Shown here in pieces: positions 48,401 to 62,412 of a stretch of DNA of 64,000 bases; positions within the stretch are counted from its first letter, which is position 1; each line of letters opens with the position of its first letter. The stretch covers positions 310,001 through 374,000 of the forward strand of contig OZ237747.1 of the NCBI GenBank assembly GCA_965178125.1. Direction: 5' to 3'. Position numbers and translations under genes: made by a program. The notes beneath the pieces are model-generated. The model was not told where the DNA came from. It saw nothing but the letters and a program-made list of their open reading frames with translations, and made no database searches. The DNA is from Bilabrum cf. latius (lineage: Eukaryota).

Positions 48401-49162
48401 GCTCATGCTCTCGGGTGCCTCCTCAACTCCGCGGAAGATGGATCGGATCGCACGAGGCAGCACGCCGGCGTTCGCATCGTCGGTGATGTCTGGGCCAAGC
48501 ATCGTGTGAGTCTTGCCAGAACCGCTCTGACTGCAAACAATAGGGAGGGGTGCCAGTGAACCGAGCAAGACTGCGCGGCGGCGGAGATGTTGGTGTGGTG
48601 TGCAACGCTAGCAGTCTCACCCATAGGCAAACACGGTTCCATTAAAGCCCTCTAGGACACCATTGACGACTGGCAGTGCTATTCGCTCGAAGACATCTTC
48701 CTATGTGCTGTTTGGCCCAAGCACGCCGTCAAACACATAGTCTTTAGTCTTGGTGAGCGTAGACTCCCCGCCAGATGTCTTTCCATACCCTTCACTTGTG
48801 GTTACACTTGTGCTATCTAATCGAATGAACTCGCCCTAATCCCCAGATTGTGCCTCACTCCGCAGCAGTGGACGAACTCGGCAATAGCAACGGACGCTCG
48901 AATCGGCAGGAGGCTATCCATCGCCACCAGCACCGCTTGCAGGGATGCTTCCGCTACGAATCGATGAAGCACTTGATGATACCTTTTCAGCGCTGTCGCT
49001 GCCTGCCTATAGCTCGCGCGATTCCATTGGTGGCTGTGTGGGTGCCGCTTGGGCTGCAGTGGCTGAAACCTTGGTAATTGGGGACGCAGCTCGAGATGAA
49101 TCAGCACTGTGCCCTCCGCCGCCCAGAGATTTAAGCAGCTAAGCGGCCTTGGAAGATGCCAT
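45467..49162 (-). CDS. Kinesin (kinesin-1 heavy-chain-like motor plus coiled coils), about 1200 aa; exons 49162-48621, 48530-45467
   Basis: Motifs CRVRP, YVFDGVLGPNST*EDVF, GFNGTVFAYG|QSGSGKTHTM (P-loop across a 90-bp intron), [50 protein letters not shown] and TLRFGTRA. The tail has RVVKPLRGG. TGA stop. Confidence 0.95.
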
Positions 49163-49322
49163 AGCGCCCAAGGCCGCGCCAAAAGTCTCCAAAATGTACA
49201 AAAAAGTCGTGCTTGGTTTCGGGCGTACTGTGCTCGTCACATCGTCCCGAGACGGAGCTGAAGCGGGGCCGGCTCTCCCGTGAGAATTACGATATTTGGA
49301 TCAACGTACGAGAGTGGATATA

Positions 49323-51284
49323 TTACTCGGGGGGGTTCTTCAACAGCACATCGCGCAAACTCAAGGCTGACGGCCGCAACGCCGGATCTGGATGCATCGC
49401 CAGCGCCAGGCCGTCCCGAGCTGGCTGCAGCCAGCCGGGCAGCACTCTTCGGAGGAAGTCCACCATCGCGCCATGCCGCCTGAGCGGGTGGTTCCTGCAA
49501 GCTCCCCCCCTCATCTTCCCCACGCCAGGGGGCCTCCGGGGGTCGAAGGGGGCGTAGCCCAGGCCCGCGTGCAGCGCCGCTGCCACCACGCTGAAGACAT
49601 CGCTGGCTCTCGTCAGGCACACCTCACCCTCCCTCAGCCCCGCACTCGCACCAGCACTAGCAGCACCTGATCTGCAGGGAAACTGCTCCGGCGGCATGGC
49701 GCTCCACAGCCCCCCGCGCGCTGGCCCTAAGTACCTCGCGTCACTATCACTGGAGCCGGCAGCAGTACAGCGCCCACCGGCAGGGCCCTTCGAGTCTCTG
49801 CAGTTGAGTGCCCCCGGACCTCTCCCTGGTGCGATAGGTGCAATTGATTCCGGTACTGCGAGTCTCTGCGCAGATCCTAGATCGATGATGACGGTGGGCA
49901 TCGTGACCAGTGCTTGCTACGGCGCAGTGGCGGGGGATGACGACCGTGCTGACGGTCCTGCCAAGTGGCCGGATCCATCTAGTCGCGGTGGTATAGCAGA
50001 CTCTTTCACGGTAGCACCAGTCTACTTTGCCCTGTATGCAGACTATACCCCGCATTGACGAGTCAACCCCCCCGCCTCCCCACCCTGCATACCCCCCCCG
50101 CTCCAAGGGTCGCACAGGTTGTCGGCATGCAGGTCGCAGTGCAGCCACCCTGCCGCATGCAGTCGCTCGATAGCCTCTAGGGCACCGCACAGTCGAGGAA
50201 TGACGTGGTCCCACGCTAGCTTGTTCTCTGGAGATGACTTGGCGAGCGCGAGCCAGGAGGGACCCACTCGTTGAAGGACCTGCACCGAAAAGGCTGGCGA
50301 GGTGCTGCTCGAGGACTTGGTGCTGGAGCTAGTGCTAGTGCTAGTGCTCGCACCAGCACCACCTATTGCTGCTTGGCTGTGCCCATCTTTCTACGACGCA
50401 TCGGCCCTAGGTATTGTTCGTGCGATGATCACGTGGCACCGCATCTGCATGACCCCATCCACCCCCCGTGTACCCCTCAGTGCCTCCACCTCCTGCTGCA
50501 CCCGGCCGTCCATGGGCTGCACTTTGAGCGCGTGGGCGCTGGCACTCGATGCATCCGGTGATTCTGTATCGATTGTTCCCCGACCAGATGCGGCGCGCTA
50601 TGGTACGGTATGAGGCACCGCAAGGACACGAGATCTTCTGCCGCGGCCTATTTCTCGGTACTTCGAAAGGGCTCGCAGCCCTGCCTCGGACATGCCTCCA
50701 CTCGGCCCAGATGCGAGCACCAATGCCCGGACCACCGAACGATGAAGTAGAGGCTAATGCGAAATTTGAGTCGGAAGCGAGGGCTGGTCGGTTCTTGGGC
50801 GCTTAACTGGAGCTACAGGAGCCTCCATGTTCATATCTCGGCCGGCGAGCCAATCCCACAATCCACTACCATCGTCTGGGACTACCGACACTTCCACGAC
50901 TTCATCCTTGGTTTCGCTATCAGATCCGGAAGTTGCCCGGACTTGTTGGATGATCGCTTGCCCGGGCACATGTTCTACCATTTGAAATCGCTGGCCATCG
51001 GTCTGAGATTGCAACTGGAGGTTGAACTACTCTCGTGGTTCCTTAGGCGGGGCAGCGATGACTTCAACGGCTCGACCATTCACATGAATAGTCTATGATA
51101 CCCCTGCAGTCGGTGCAGCGCTTTCTTTCGAAGCCAGAGGTGCATGTTGACGCGACCTCTTCATTCCTGCATCATCTGTCACATCACCTTGCGCGTTCGG
51201 ATCAGTCCATCTGCTCTCGCCAGTCGACTCATTGAACCAATAAGGAATATTCCGTTTCTTTGAAATTAACTTTTGCCATGGCAT
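49323..51284 (-). CDS. WW-domain + divergent Ser/Thr protein kinase, about 653 aa
   Basis: ATG 51284 opens a WW domain (PWQKLISKKRNIPYWFNESTGESRWTDP). The same frame via TAGs gives IGRGRRSRV, ALKV, QQEVEAL, LHCDLHADNL, IIDLGSA, MPPEQF, SDVFS and PDPALRPSA. Ends at TAA 49323-49325. Confidence 0.82.
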
Positions 51285-51438
51285 GTCAACGTGGTCGATA
51301 TGAGAGGCAACCGCACTTCGATTCGGAATGCAATTAGCGTGCGGCAGCCAAGTCAATTGCTTCCGCTTTGTTGCGCTTCCATTAAAGCCGCAATTCTGTG
51401 CTATCAAGCTAAGTATACGGCAATGGTAATCCGTTGAT

Positions 51439-54400
51439 ATGATTACGAGCCGCTCGCGACTACAGCTAGCTGCCGATTAGAGTCAGTTTGATGTGAGGTC
51501 GAATGGAAACGAGGGCTTGAATCGCGACTTGCTAGGCAAGGGCAAGGACCTTCACACGCTTCATTTTAACTCCCGTGCGCGCAGCAAACATTCGATATTC
51601 GTGTTCTCATTATTGATGATGTAGAGGTTGCTTCTGTGGATGAAGCAACGCTGCATGCAGGGAGACGCCGAATCCCAGGCATTCGTCTCACAGGTCCTGC
51701 GATCTCTTTGGGAGGATCAGCTACTGCTCATGTGCAAGGCGCTTTACCTTACCTCTTTTTCATCGTCCCAGACGAGCTGCTGGTCGCAGCTTGCGTGGAT
51801 CAGGGCATGTCTCCAGGGTTGCTGCTGCAAGCACTCGCCGAGGACCTTGACAAAGCCATCCAGGACGAGCGCACCAAGAGATTCAGCACGCAACGAAGGA
51901 ATAGCGGTATGGCCTCACGATCCTCGAGCAGCTCCCAAGAGCCCGTCGTGGCTCTTCTCTAGCTGTGCCGGGGCACCCCGATGTACGGACTGCACTCGGC
52001 CAGGCGTCTCGGCGATCTGCAAGCAAAGGCGGCACAGGACGCTACGGGCACCAGGAGGACAAAGCAAACTGCACGATAGAAAGCAAGCTCTCAATCACCT
52101 TATGATTAGCACCAGCGCTCGCACCGGTACCGGCACGACAGCAGCACGATGGACTCGTCTGGCATAGGCGATGAAATTCCAGGTCTGGACACAGCGCCCG
52201 CTCTCGGCCGCGAGCAGGACACGGGAGGGGTCGAGCTAGGACGAGGACGAGGACGAGAACTAGGTCTCGACGGGTAGTCTGACTCGCAGGAAGGAGCCCC
52301 TCCATCCCACCTGCTGTGTGCAGTGCATCTGTTCGAGGTGCGTGCCCAGGAGCAGGCAGCCGAGGCGATCCGCGGAGGCATATCGGACCGGATCCGGGGG
52401 ATGCTCTCCAGCGGTGCAGGGCATTTGAAACGGTTGCGAACTTGCGGCGGGGTGCAAGGCAGCGTGCCTGGCGGGCTTTAGCAATAGCTCGGCGGTGTTC
52501 GGTCTCATCTGGGTCGGCTCAGCGGAGGCCTCATTCCTCTCGAGAGTCACGTGGGGTTTCTGATGCGGGTGCTGGCAGACGCACAGGTCGCGTCTGCTGG
52601 TCCTTGCCGCTTGCATGGGGCCAGTCTTGTGTGCGGCAAACTTGGCAGCTACACTGCACCTCGTGTCGTTTCTTCTGCTGATGATCCAGCCCGCGATGCG
52701 GAGAGGCAGCATCCCGGTGCTCAGCATGCTACCACCACAATGCTGTCACTGCCGCCGCGGGCTGTTCAACTGGACGTGACCGACTCACAGCAGTCGGCTG
52801 CTAGCAGCAGCTCTCCTTCATCTCATGTTAGACAATCGATTGGGAGCGATAGCTAGACCGCTGCAAGGTTTGCAATGTGCTTGCCGAGGGGGGCCAAGTG
52901 CGTGCCATCCGACCGCGTGCAGCTGGGTGAGGACGGGGATACCTTGGATGAGTACCCTCTGTTTGCCCGTTCACGCGCCCTATCCTCGTTCCATGGGTTT
53001 CGTGATTCCACTCCACCTTTGCACGATGGAGATTCCATCCCGAGACCGCGGGCTTATTGGAAAGCCCACCGCTAGCGGTTGCTAGGACGGGCTTGCGCCT
53101 CAGAGTTGGTCGACGCCAGCGGTAAGCTAGGCGCAGCCTCCAAGCAGATTTTGCAATAGCTTAATGGAACAGGTAGAGATGAAGCGACTTTAGATGCGTA
53201 CAGGAGTATTGAGCTATCGGCGCACGCGTCGTGGCTGCATCGTAACCCCCACCGCGTTGGACTGCCACCACTGCCGTGGGATAGGGAGACCAACGAGCTT
53301 CACTGTCCTGGGTATTCGTCAGACGGTATGTACGGCAGCAGTGGTAAGAGCACAGTGCTAGGTCAAGTGCTTGTTCCAGCCGGTCGTCGCGTATGCGTGT
53401 TGCCGTGGCCATCATCGAGGCATGTCTAGTAGACGACGTCAGATTGGGAGCTGCAGGTCACGCTCGGAGGGGGATTCTCTGCCGTGGCACTCGATTTTAG
53501 CGACCATTATGAGCAGAGTGGGCCCATCCTGCCGGTCGAAGCGTGCGAGCTCGCTATTGGGGATGCAAGAGGGGGCCTCGAATGCCCGGGGCAGCCCCGC
53601 CCGGCAGCGTAGTTGGGCACCCAAGCAGCACAGGGGCTTGGTACCCTCGGGTCCCAGAGGGCATTCGCTGGCCTGCGGTGGGTGCCCACTCTCCGCGCAC
53701 TGTGGGACGAAGAGTCCCAATTCCGGCTGCAGCATGGTCTTCCCCCGGTTATCCCACCGAGGTCGCCGCCAGCATCTCAGACGCAGGGCGCGGCTGCTTC
53801 AAGGGCCAACACCCAGACCAGGGCGGCCAGAGGGCTTGGGATGGGCGTGTAGCTGACAGGGCTCAGTCCCACCGGTGCTGGCACCAGCACCGCCTCCGCT
53901 CCTGACTCCCCCCTTGGCTGGGAAAGGCGCCTCCGACGGGCCCTTCGAAAGGTCGTCGCCTGGGACCTAAGGCGAGCCAAGGCAGCGGCCCAGTGGATTG
54001 GGCCGGACAGTCACCCCATGCTGCAGGATTTGGAACGACTGAGAAACCGCTTAATGCACGGCGCAAGGGATGTAAGGCGTGTCACCGTTTGGCCCGTGTA
54101 GGGTCGAAAAGAGGGTTCTGTTGAGGCGTCCATTAGAGCAGCTCGAATCTAGTCCGTGGGTATGCAGATTAGCGATTTCGAGGCCGGGCCGTTGTCGATT
54201 CCGTAGCTGCAAGAGCTCGCGGCGGATCGCAAGTGGGCTTGGGAGTGGAGTGTGAAGGCAGCTCAGTCTGAAAGAGGTAGTACGGGCCCGGAAACCCCCT
54301 ACGGGAAACGAGCAGCAGCAGGAAGTGGTGCTAAAGCAGGCTCGTCCGACAACGCAATTGACAGCCGAAGTGCCAAGCTTGGTGGGACAGAAGTAGCCCA

Positions 54401-57400
54401 TGATCGTGCCTCTGATCGAGTGGCGGGTCCGAGGGCGGCTGCAAAGCAGGCGAGCGAGAGCAATGCAGGCCGTGGTGATGACGACAGCGACGCGAGCAGT
54501 GAGCGAAGCGACAACTCCGCTGAGGCTGAAGTTGGGCTATCACAGGTGAACCTAAACGGTGATGTAATTGATGGGCCAGCACCGACCGACATGCGCACCA
54601 CTCAGGGAGGTGATGAGAACACTGCAGCACAGGGGGCTGCCGCGTCGCAGCCAGGGTCCCAGCAGCAGCATGCATCGCAGACCAGCTAGTCTGCAGACAT
54701 GGACGACCTGGAGGAATTGGCTGGACTGTATCTGACGCAACAGTTCGAGCTACCCGAGGACCTCGCTGCGGATCCCAGGTTTCAGGAGGCTCTCGATCGC
54801 GAGCAGGAGGCTATTGCTCCAAGCCAAGCTGCTGCTGGGGGCCTCAGCCCGATAGGACCTGCCAGCGGCAGGGGTGTGAATCGCAATCACAAGGGTCAGG
54901 AGGAGGACCAGGAGGAGAACATGCAGGTTGCTGCTGATATGTCGTTCATGTCTGACCACGGCGATGTGCAGCAACCGATGGACCCAGGTGATGCTGCAGC
55001 TGATGACAGTGGTAAGCACCAAGTCGCTCAGGCAAACATTCCTCAGTTGGATGGGCCTGTTCCGATTCCAAGACGCGGTGCGAGCACGAGGGGCAAGCGG
55101 GGCTTCAAGCGACCTCGTCCTGCTGCGACTGCTAGCAGTGGGGCGGCCTCAGAGTCCGAGCAGGACTCGGAGGAGGCAGGAGCCACCGGAAACTCCGCTG
55201 GCGCCTCAAGCGTAGCCGCTAGTTCCACTGCAGAGCCAGATGGTGTGGGAAGCCATGAGTCTAGGAGCAGGTAGGCTCGGCGATCTCGTCGCAAGCGCAG
55301 AGCTTCGGCGGCGGCTCGGCAGAAGCGAGGTGCTCTGGTGCTTGAAAGCGATCAAGGTGAAGCGGATACCGGGGCAGATGCTGGCATACATTCTCACTTG
55401 ATGAATGATTCAAGAGGCGTGGCTGCCAGGCCAGCCAGCTCAGTTTCATTCGACCGGTCTGTCGAAGTCCACCACCAGCCCAAGCAGAAACGCCGTCGGA
55501 AGGATCGGACACCGTCACTCAAGGTGCAATCGCAGGCAGGAGGAACGAGCAGGTTGCGGCGCAGTCGATCCAATAAGGCTGCTTCAAGCCAGTCAGCCCC
55601 AGTTGACTCCCCAAGGGTCCCGCCACAGCACACCGCGGCCGAGCACGCCGGCGTAGCCGCTGACGAGCCACTGGTTGCACCTGCCCTCAGCCGCACCGCA
55701 TCGGATGCCTCGCTGCTCGACGACAGCGCCCTTGGACCTGCCTAGGACAGCAAACAGTAGCCTGGAGCGACCCCATTGCAGATGCCCGCGACCGGAAAGA
55801 GCGCTGAATTACCAGGTTGTTCTGAAACCGATCGGCAGCACAGCAGCATTATCAGCCAAGACTAGGATGCCGCAGCACAACTTGCTGCCGAGCACGACGT
55901 CGCGTCGGGGGACTTGCCTAGGTCCAACTCCGACGACTTGGGAGGGGAGCTTGTAATCTCACAAGCAGAAAGTCTGGAGCTATCACCGCTTGTTATTGGA
56001 TCTGTGTAGTCCCGAGAAAAGCGCCGCACAGGGTCTGCTGCTGGCTGCGAGTCTGAGAGCGTTCGAAGCTTGTCCCCATCTCTCTCTCCCCAGAACGGGG
56101 CGGCTGCGAACCATGTTCAGCACGGTTCTCACTCTGATGACAACTCAGAAGCGCATAATTCAGCATCCTATCAGACGCAGGCACCTGTAGCGAGTTAGCC
56201 GAGTATGCATGACGACGACAGCATCCAGTAGTCAGCCACTTCAAGCTCGAGGTCTTCCCGTCAAGGCTAGAGTCAGCTTGCGGTATACTTGAAACAGAGT
56301 ATCGCATCTTCAAGCGGCTCAGTGCTCAAAGACCCCGCCAGTGCCGTGCAGGCAGGTCTCCTTGTGCAGCCCCATGGCCGTTGCGAAGGACTTCCGATGC
56401 AGACGCACGTACTGCTCCGACTCGCTGGGTCTTCGTCGGGATTTCCTACTGCCACAGAACTAAAGACACGAGGCACATATCCCTCTAGACTACCGAAAGA
56501 TGTGCGATTTAGCTTGCATGGGTAGTTGCCGGCTAGGAGGAAGCTGGCCCCACTGGACAGGGATGCGCAACGAGTTCTCGGAGATGTCGCCTCGTGGGGA
56601 ACCCCGGAAGAGATCACTGAAGCGTAGCATAGAGATGCTCTGACAGATTCGTCTACCGGCGCAAGCGTGCCGTCATATCTGCGGGCAGGACCGGGAGCCC
56701 AGTTTGCTGAGGCCAGGGTGGCAGGCCGATCGGTCCCGCTGGTTGGGGCAGCCGTGCAGAGCCGGGCAGTCTTTCGACCGACCAACGACGCTCGGACCCG
56801 CCTCGCCAGCGAAAAGCTCGTAAGCATGAACTCTTCATTCGTGGATATGTCCCAAGCCGACGCTAGATACTGTCTGCTGCGTCCAAGAGGTGCATTTCTC
56901 TCAGCTGCGCAGATGTCGGCGTGGTGCAGGGCGTACCCGAAGAAACATGCGCACGTCGGCACAACCAGCCGGGACCAAGCCAGGTTGGGTGGGTCTAGAC
57001 AAGACGGCAACACGGGGAAAATGATGCCTGCAGCATTTGCATGTGACTCCAGTAGTCCAGTCAAGGCTCATGCTGGTACGAGCCGGGCTACACTGGCGGG
57101 AATCGACTCTGCAGGTGAATATAGTATCGATGCAGAGCCGCGGCCGTCCGTAGAAGAGGCTCTTCCGCCGTCCATGGCAGGGTACAGAGGCATGACCGTT
57201 ATGTCGCTCGAGGTCACGTTCGCCACTCGCGGAGATCTCATGCCTGATCCCAAGCAAGACCCCATCGTGGGACTGGCGTGGGCTGTGCAAAGCGATGACG
57301 TGAACTATGCAACAGGGGATGCGCAATCCAACGGTCCTGATTCTGGTCGAGGTGTCCGTCGTGGATTTGTTCTTGTGGATCCGGCGGCAGTGCCTGCGTG

Positions 57401-60400
57401 CCGTGCGCTGGGACAAGCCTCCACTACCTAGGCTGGACTGGACCCGACTGCAGTCGCACAGCACCCCGACGAGATTGCCGAGCAGGTGCGGCGCATCGCG
57501 GGACTGAGCGGCGCAGCAGGGGGCATGCTACCTAGAATTTTACCGCTCCCAAGGCGCTAGGACCCGGCAAAGACAGGCGATTTAAGCGCTGCAGCTTCAA
57601 CTTCAACGGAAGCAGGCATGGCCACAAATGAGGCAGGCCCGGATAGTGCCGGCACGGGTGGGCATTACTAGAACGACGAAAACGCCGCTGTGTCTGAGGT
57701 GCTCTACGCATCTCGAGACTCTTTGTCGGCGTCTCTGAACTGGTGCACAGCCCCTTCGGAATGTGCACCAACCGCAGGGGGTCCGAAACAGAAGCAGCTG
57801 CAGGGTCTCACGGGAGTGGAGCCAGCAGAGCAGCCGGTGTGGCGAGTACCCGATGAAGCCTCTGCACTTGCAGCTATCGCGTGGATCGTTCGTGGATGGG
57901 ACCCAGACATCATGACAGGCTGGGAGCTGGAGCGCGGATCGTGGGGCATCCTTCTGGAGAGATCCTCCTACCTCGGTGTCCCGCTGCACCTGTACCTCGC
58001 GAGGTGTCCGCCGGTGCCCCGGGCGGTCAGGTCCGTGGACCAAGGCAACACGAGAAGCATAGAGGCTCAGAATCATGACCTAGAGTATCCCGCTGGATTG
58101 AGTCCAACTAAGACTAGAACAGTGGTTCGTGATGCTGGTGCCAAGCTGCTAGGACCGGTGCCGGTCTTCTTGAGACGGCACATCCACCCGAGCTCAGTGT
58201 ATGGTCTGGGACCTGCCATCTACACGAAACCGTTTGGCAAGCTTCCGCGGGAGTCGATGGGATGCAGGCCTAGGGCACTTGGGATCGGAGGGGACGATGT
58301 GTTCAGCCGGCGCTGGCTCGGTGGCAGGCTGGTGCTGAACGGCTGGAGGATCGCGCGTGGCGAAGTGAAGCTCTCTCGGTTCATGCTAGAGGACTGTGTT
58401 TGCGCCGTGCTAGGAGTCAGCCTGCCCCGACCTTCCAACAGGGCCGTGACGGAGATGCTGCTGGGCAACGATGGCAAGGTTGCTCCCTCCGGGCCGCTAG
58501 TTGCTGTGCTGTGCCGCCGCAGTGCCGCGGTTCTTCAAGTGCTGAGTCGGATGGACGTGCTGGGCAGGAGCTGCGAGATGGCGCGACTGCTGGGAATCGA
58601 GCTGGAGGCAGTGCTTAGGAGAGGCAGTCAGTACAGAGTCGAAGCAGTCATGCTACGGATTGCTCGCCCCCTCGGGCTCGTGGCACCCTCGCCACACCCA
58701 TCCGAAGTAGCGTAGCAAGCTGCCCTCGAGGTGTAGCCACTCATCGATGAGCCGGACAGTCGTTGGTGGACGCATCCCATGGCAGTGCTGGACTTTGCTT
58801 CGCTGTATCCATCCGTGATCATAGCTCACAACCTATGCTATTCGACGTGCCTAGGGCGCGTGCAGGACTACGACGATCCGAACGAAGCTTAGCCGGAGCG
58901 AAAGTAGCCGTCGCAAAATGCAAACGTAGACGAGCCTGGGTCTTTGCAAGATGTGGGTGCAAGCGGAGACCAGGGTCATTTGCAGGGGCAGCTGGGGCCT
59001 TTCACGTTCACTCCCCACCCTGGGGCACTTGCCTCACTGGTAGAGCACGGCCAGGTGCTCATGTCGCCGAATGGGGCACTCTTTGCTGCGCCAGGTGGCC
59101 GCGCTGGTATTCTGCCGCGCATGCTGCACGGTATCCTGCAGACCCGAGAGATGATCAAGAAGAGCATGAAGGCCGGAAAAGGGGCCATGAGTGCAGCGAG
59201 GCTGCGCCTCATGGACGCGCGGCAGTTCGCCCTCAAGATGGTCGCAAATGTGACGTATGGATACACGAGCGCCTCGTTCAGCGGCCGCATGCCCTGCGTC
59301 GAGCTAGCAGATGCCATCGTTGACACTGGGAAGCGCACTCTTGAGGCCTCCATGCGGGTGGCAGAAGGCACCGTGCGTTTGCAGGGCCGCCCAGCGGCAG
59401 GGCTTCCTCCGTCTAGGCCATCCCCCGCGAGCCCGGGGGCTCCGTCGGGAAGCAGCTGGCTGCCAGCCAGAGTTGTGTACGGAGACACGGACTCCATGTT
59501 TGTCGTACTTCCTGGTGCTGATCTGCAGTCCGCCTTTGATCGAGCCAACGCGCTCGCTACCGCTGTGAACGATAGGTGCCCCGAGCCTGTAAGACTCAAA
59601 ATGGAGAAGATATACTGGCCCGGAGTGCTTGCCAGCAAGAAGCGATACGCAGGATGGTGCTGGGAGAATCCGCCGCCATTGCAGAAGGCGCCTTTCCTGG
59701 AAATCAAGGGACTTGAAGCCATCCGTAGGGACTAGTGTCCACTGACTCAGAAGGCCATGTTTGCCGCCATGTGGGCGCTGGCAGCAGCCAGAGATCTGTC
59801 GCTCGCGCGCCTCATGCTATCGAACGTTTGGTCGCGACTCGAACAGCACGCAGCTGCCCTGGAAGACGTGACATATGCCAAAGAGGTGCGCTGGGGTACG
59901 TACAGGAACGAGTCAAGTCTTCCACCTGCTGCCATCGTTGCGGGCCAGAAGTTTCAGTCAGACCCGATGGGAGAGCCTCTTCGGGGCGAACGGGTATCGT
60001 TTGTCGTGGCCTATGCAGGCCCTGGTTCCTCGCTCAGGGAACAGTGCAGGGACGCGTTACGGATGCTAGGTGACGCGACCACCGTCCATGCAGGTGGCAG
60101 ATACTACCGAGAAAGAGCCACTGCCAAGGCAGTTGATCGGGCGGTAGGTCTCTCCGGGGCACCTGTCGTGCAGTGGTGCGCTGATGATGCCAGCGGGTCT
60201 CGAGTCTCTGGGTGGCGCGGCAAAGGGTGGTGGAAGCCGCCGATGCCACCAAGTATGATAGTATAGTCTAGAGTTAAATCAAGCTCAATGCGGGCCTCCG
60301 ACGCGCTTGTTAGCCGTGCGAGTCAGTGGGCAAGGACCAGCCAGCAGCTTGCAAGGCTCAGGCCTCTGGTCGGTGGTCTTGAGGCGAGGCCAAGCGCAGG

Positions 60401-61307
60401 GCTTGCGTTCGAGTCAGACGACATGCTGGCGGGTGCGAAGCGAATGTGGCGGGTCAACCTGATTGCGCCGTTACGGCCTTGTCGTCCAGAGCTGGAGCAA
60501 CGCGCCCTTCCGTACGTCCGTAGATGTATCCCGCAATCTGTAACGCAGGATTCCCATCGGCCGGATGCCGAGGGGGGTAATTTAGCAGGCGAGGGCCCTG
60601 GGAGCACAAGTATCGTCGTCGAATCGCGCATTTCATCGCCAGCTTCTCGGCGGAGGAAGGTAGAACACGCCACCTCCAGTCCTTTGCGCCCGCCACGAGC
60701 AGCTGGCTTGCCGCCGCAGCGAAGGGGGCGTTCTTCTGCCGCAAGCCACCATCCCTCCTCAAAGCAGACAGTCCTGCAGTCTCATTTTGAGCAGAACGCG
60801 TGCCCTTTGTGTCACAAGTCCAAGATGGGCCGGCACACTGTGCTGTGCGAGATATGCGGCAGCAGTCCCCAGGTGGCTGCAGCGGTGCTTCTGCGTCGAC
60901 GGCACAATGCAGAGAGGGCGCACTCGAAGCTCATGTAGCACTGCTACCGCTGCTGCGGCTCGACGGACCCGCAGGGCATCGCCGCGTCGTGTGAGGCGAT
61001 TGCATGTCCCGTGCTATCTAGGCGCAGGCATGCTTCTCGGCTGCTGGCCAGCGCTACCAGCGACCTGGCCGACTTTGCTGCGGAGGATTCGAGGGCAGCC
61101 GAGGCGCGCAGTCGTAGCACTGAAGGAGAGGAAGGCACAAGTTTAGCCAACAAAGGGGGGAGAGGTGGTAGTTCTGACGTAGTTGACTTGCTGCAGTCTC
61201 AATCCCAGTCACAGCTGGAGGCTAGCTCTGCTTGGGGACTGCAGGAACAACCGGCCGAACCGGCAGTACCCAAAACACTGCAAGACTAGCCCGGTATGCA
61301 ATGGTGA
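51439..61307 (+). CDS. REV3: DNA polymerase zeta catalytic subunit, about 3260 aa; probable exons 51439-51492 and 51585-61307
   Basis: N-terminal REV3-like motifs ([32 protein letters not shown]), then [103 protein letters not shown], and CysA/CysB motifs. One frame interrupted by many TAG, ending MQW-TGA. Exon 1 is inferred. Confidence 0.94.
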
Positions 61308-61467
61308 TGCACAGACAGCGCGGTGATGAGCGAGAGATAGGAATTAAGGGTCGAAGTATCAATAGTGCACATGCAATGGGCTGCAGATCTTGCATCAACT
61401 GCAACCAAACGCCAAGCCAGCAGTGGTCCCAGCTTCCAGCACAATGCGACTCGGCCTCCTCGCACGG

Positions 61468-61563
61468 GTAGGGGTTCATCACGCGAGCTCCGCTATTGCC
61501 CTGTCTCGCTATCAGTAGGGGTTCATCACGCGAGCTCCGCTATTGCCCCGTCTCGCTATCAGT
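61468..61563. repeat. 47-bp tandem duplication (2 copies, 1 mismatch)
   Basis: gtaggggttcatcacgcgagctccgctattgccc(t/c)gtctcgctatca occurs twice. Confidence 0.93.
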
Positions 61564-62412
61564 CACACTTGGTCAAAATTCAGAGTGCTCCACCTCGTTC
61601 TCTTGCCACCTACGGCTGTAGCGCCGTATCCAACTTGGATTGTTACTGCCGATCCTTCCGATGACGGCCTCTAAATGGGGGGATTGAAACCTCTCCTACC
61701 CCCAATCCTAATCCGGAGCCCCTCCGGGCCCCACCGCCCACCTCCACATTCCTGCCCTGTCTGTGCCTCCCGCTTCATCCACCCCGTCCACCTTTCCTCC
61801 ATTCCGCGCACCCCCCTTTTCCTTCACCTCAATCACGCCACACGACTTGTCGACTCGCCCAAGCGCTGCACCCAACGCGCGATCTCAGCTTTAGAGGTGC
61901 AAGCCCCTCACGCACTGTGATCTCACGCTTTAGATCTAAACATGACATCTTGACTCCCATGAAGGCTCTTCGCAGACCCATCCTCATCACATAGACGCAA
62001 GTAGATCTACTTTTATTCGACACTTTGACGAATCAGCCTCTGGCTGCGTTGTACCAGCAACGCCACAGCCGTAGGCGAAAAAGAGTGCAAGGTGGGGGCA
62101 CCTCTCAGTCGCCCTTATCAGTGCTACTGCCAGTGGACTCGACCTGCCTCGCCCCAGCCTTAGAGCCTTTAGGTTCCACGGGCCCTCGCACCGTCAGCAC
62201 CTGCCCTTCGGCACACAGCCCTCCCAGATCCACCGACTGCGATCGGCTGTCCGCCAGCAGACCGTTGAGCACTGGTTCCCCATTGTGAGGTGGCCGCGCA
62301 CCACCCCACAGCAAACCCCCTTCACTCCATTCCTCTCACCCCCCACATCTTCACTCCTCTCACCCACCCCCCCGACGGCGGGGGCCGCAACCGCGCTCCA
62401 GCTTGGAGCACA

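Noticed and set aside
13924-49325. Ciliate-type code (both TAA and TAG = Gln)
   Set aside because: I found no in-frame TAA within conserved domains, and TAA sits at plausible natural C-termini (SEL1, TFIIF, kinase).
2754-61307. Interpreting TAG-broken genes as pseudogenes or many small separate genes
   Set aside because: Interruptions are exclusively TAG, frames are preserved over thousands of codons, catalytic motifs are intact, and essential genes such as CCT6 are affected.
2754-61307. TAG as pyrrolysine or as 3' ends of tiny in-frame introns
   Set aside because: TAG aligns with Gln, occurs at high density in ordinary eukaryotic genes, and the flanking codons encode conserved residues with no room for introns.
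51439-61307. Viral or Polinton-type family B polymerase
   Set aside because: The motifs ([22 protein letters not shown], CysA/CysB) are those of cellular Pol zeta; no capsid, integrase or packaging ATPase is nearby.
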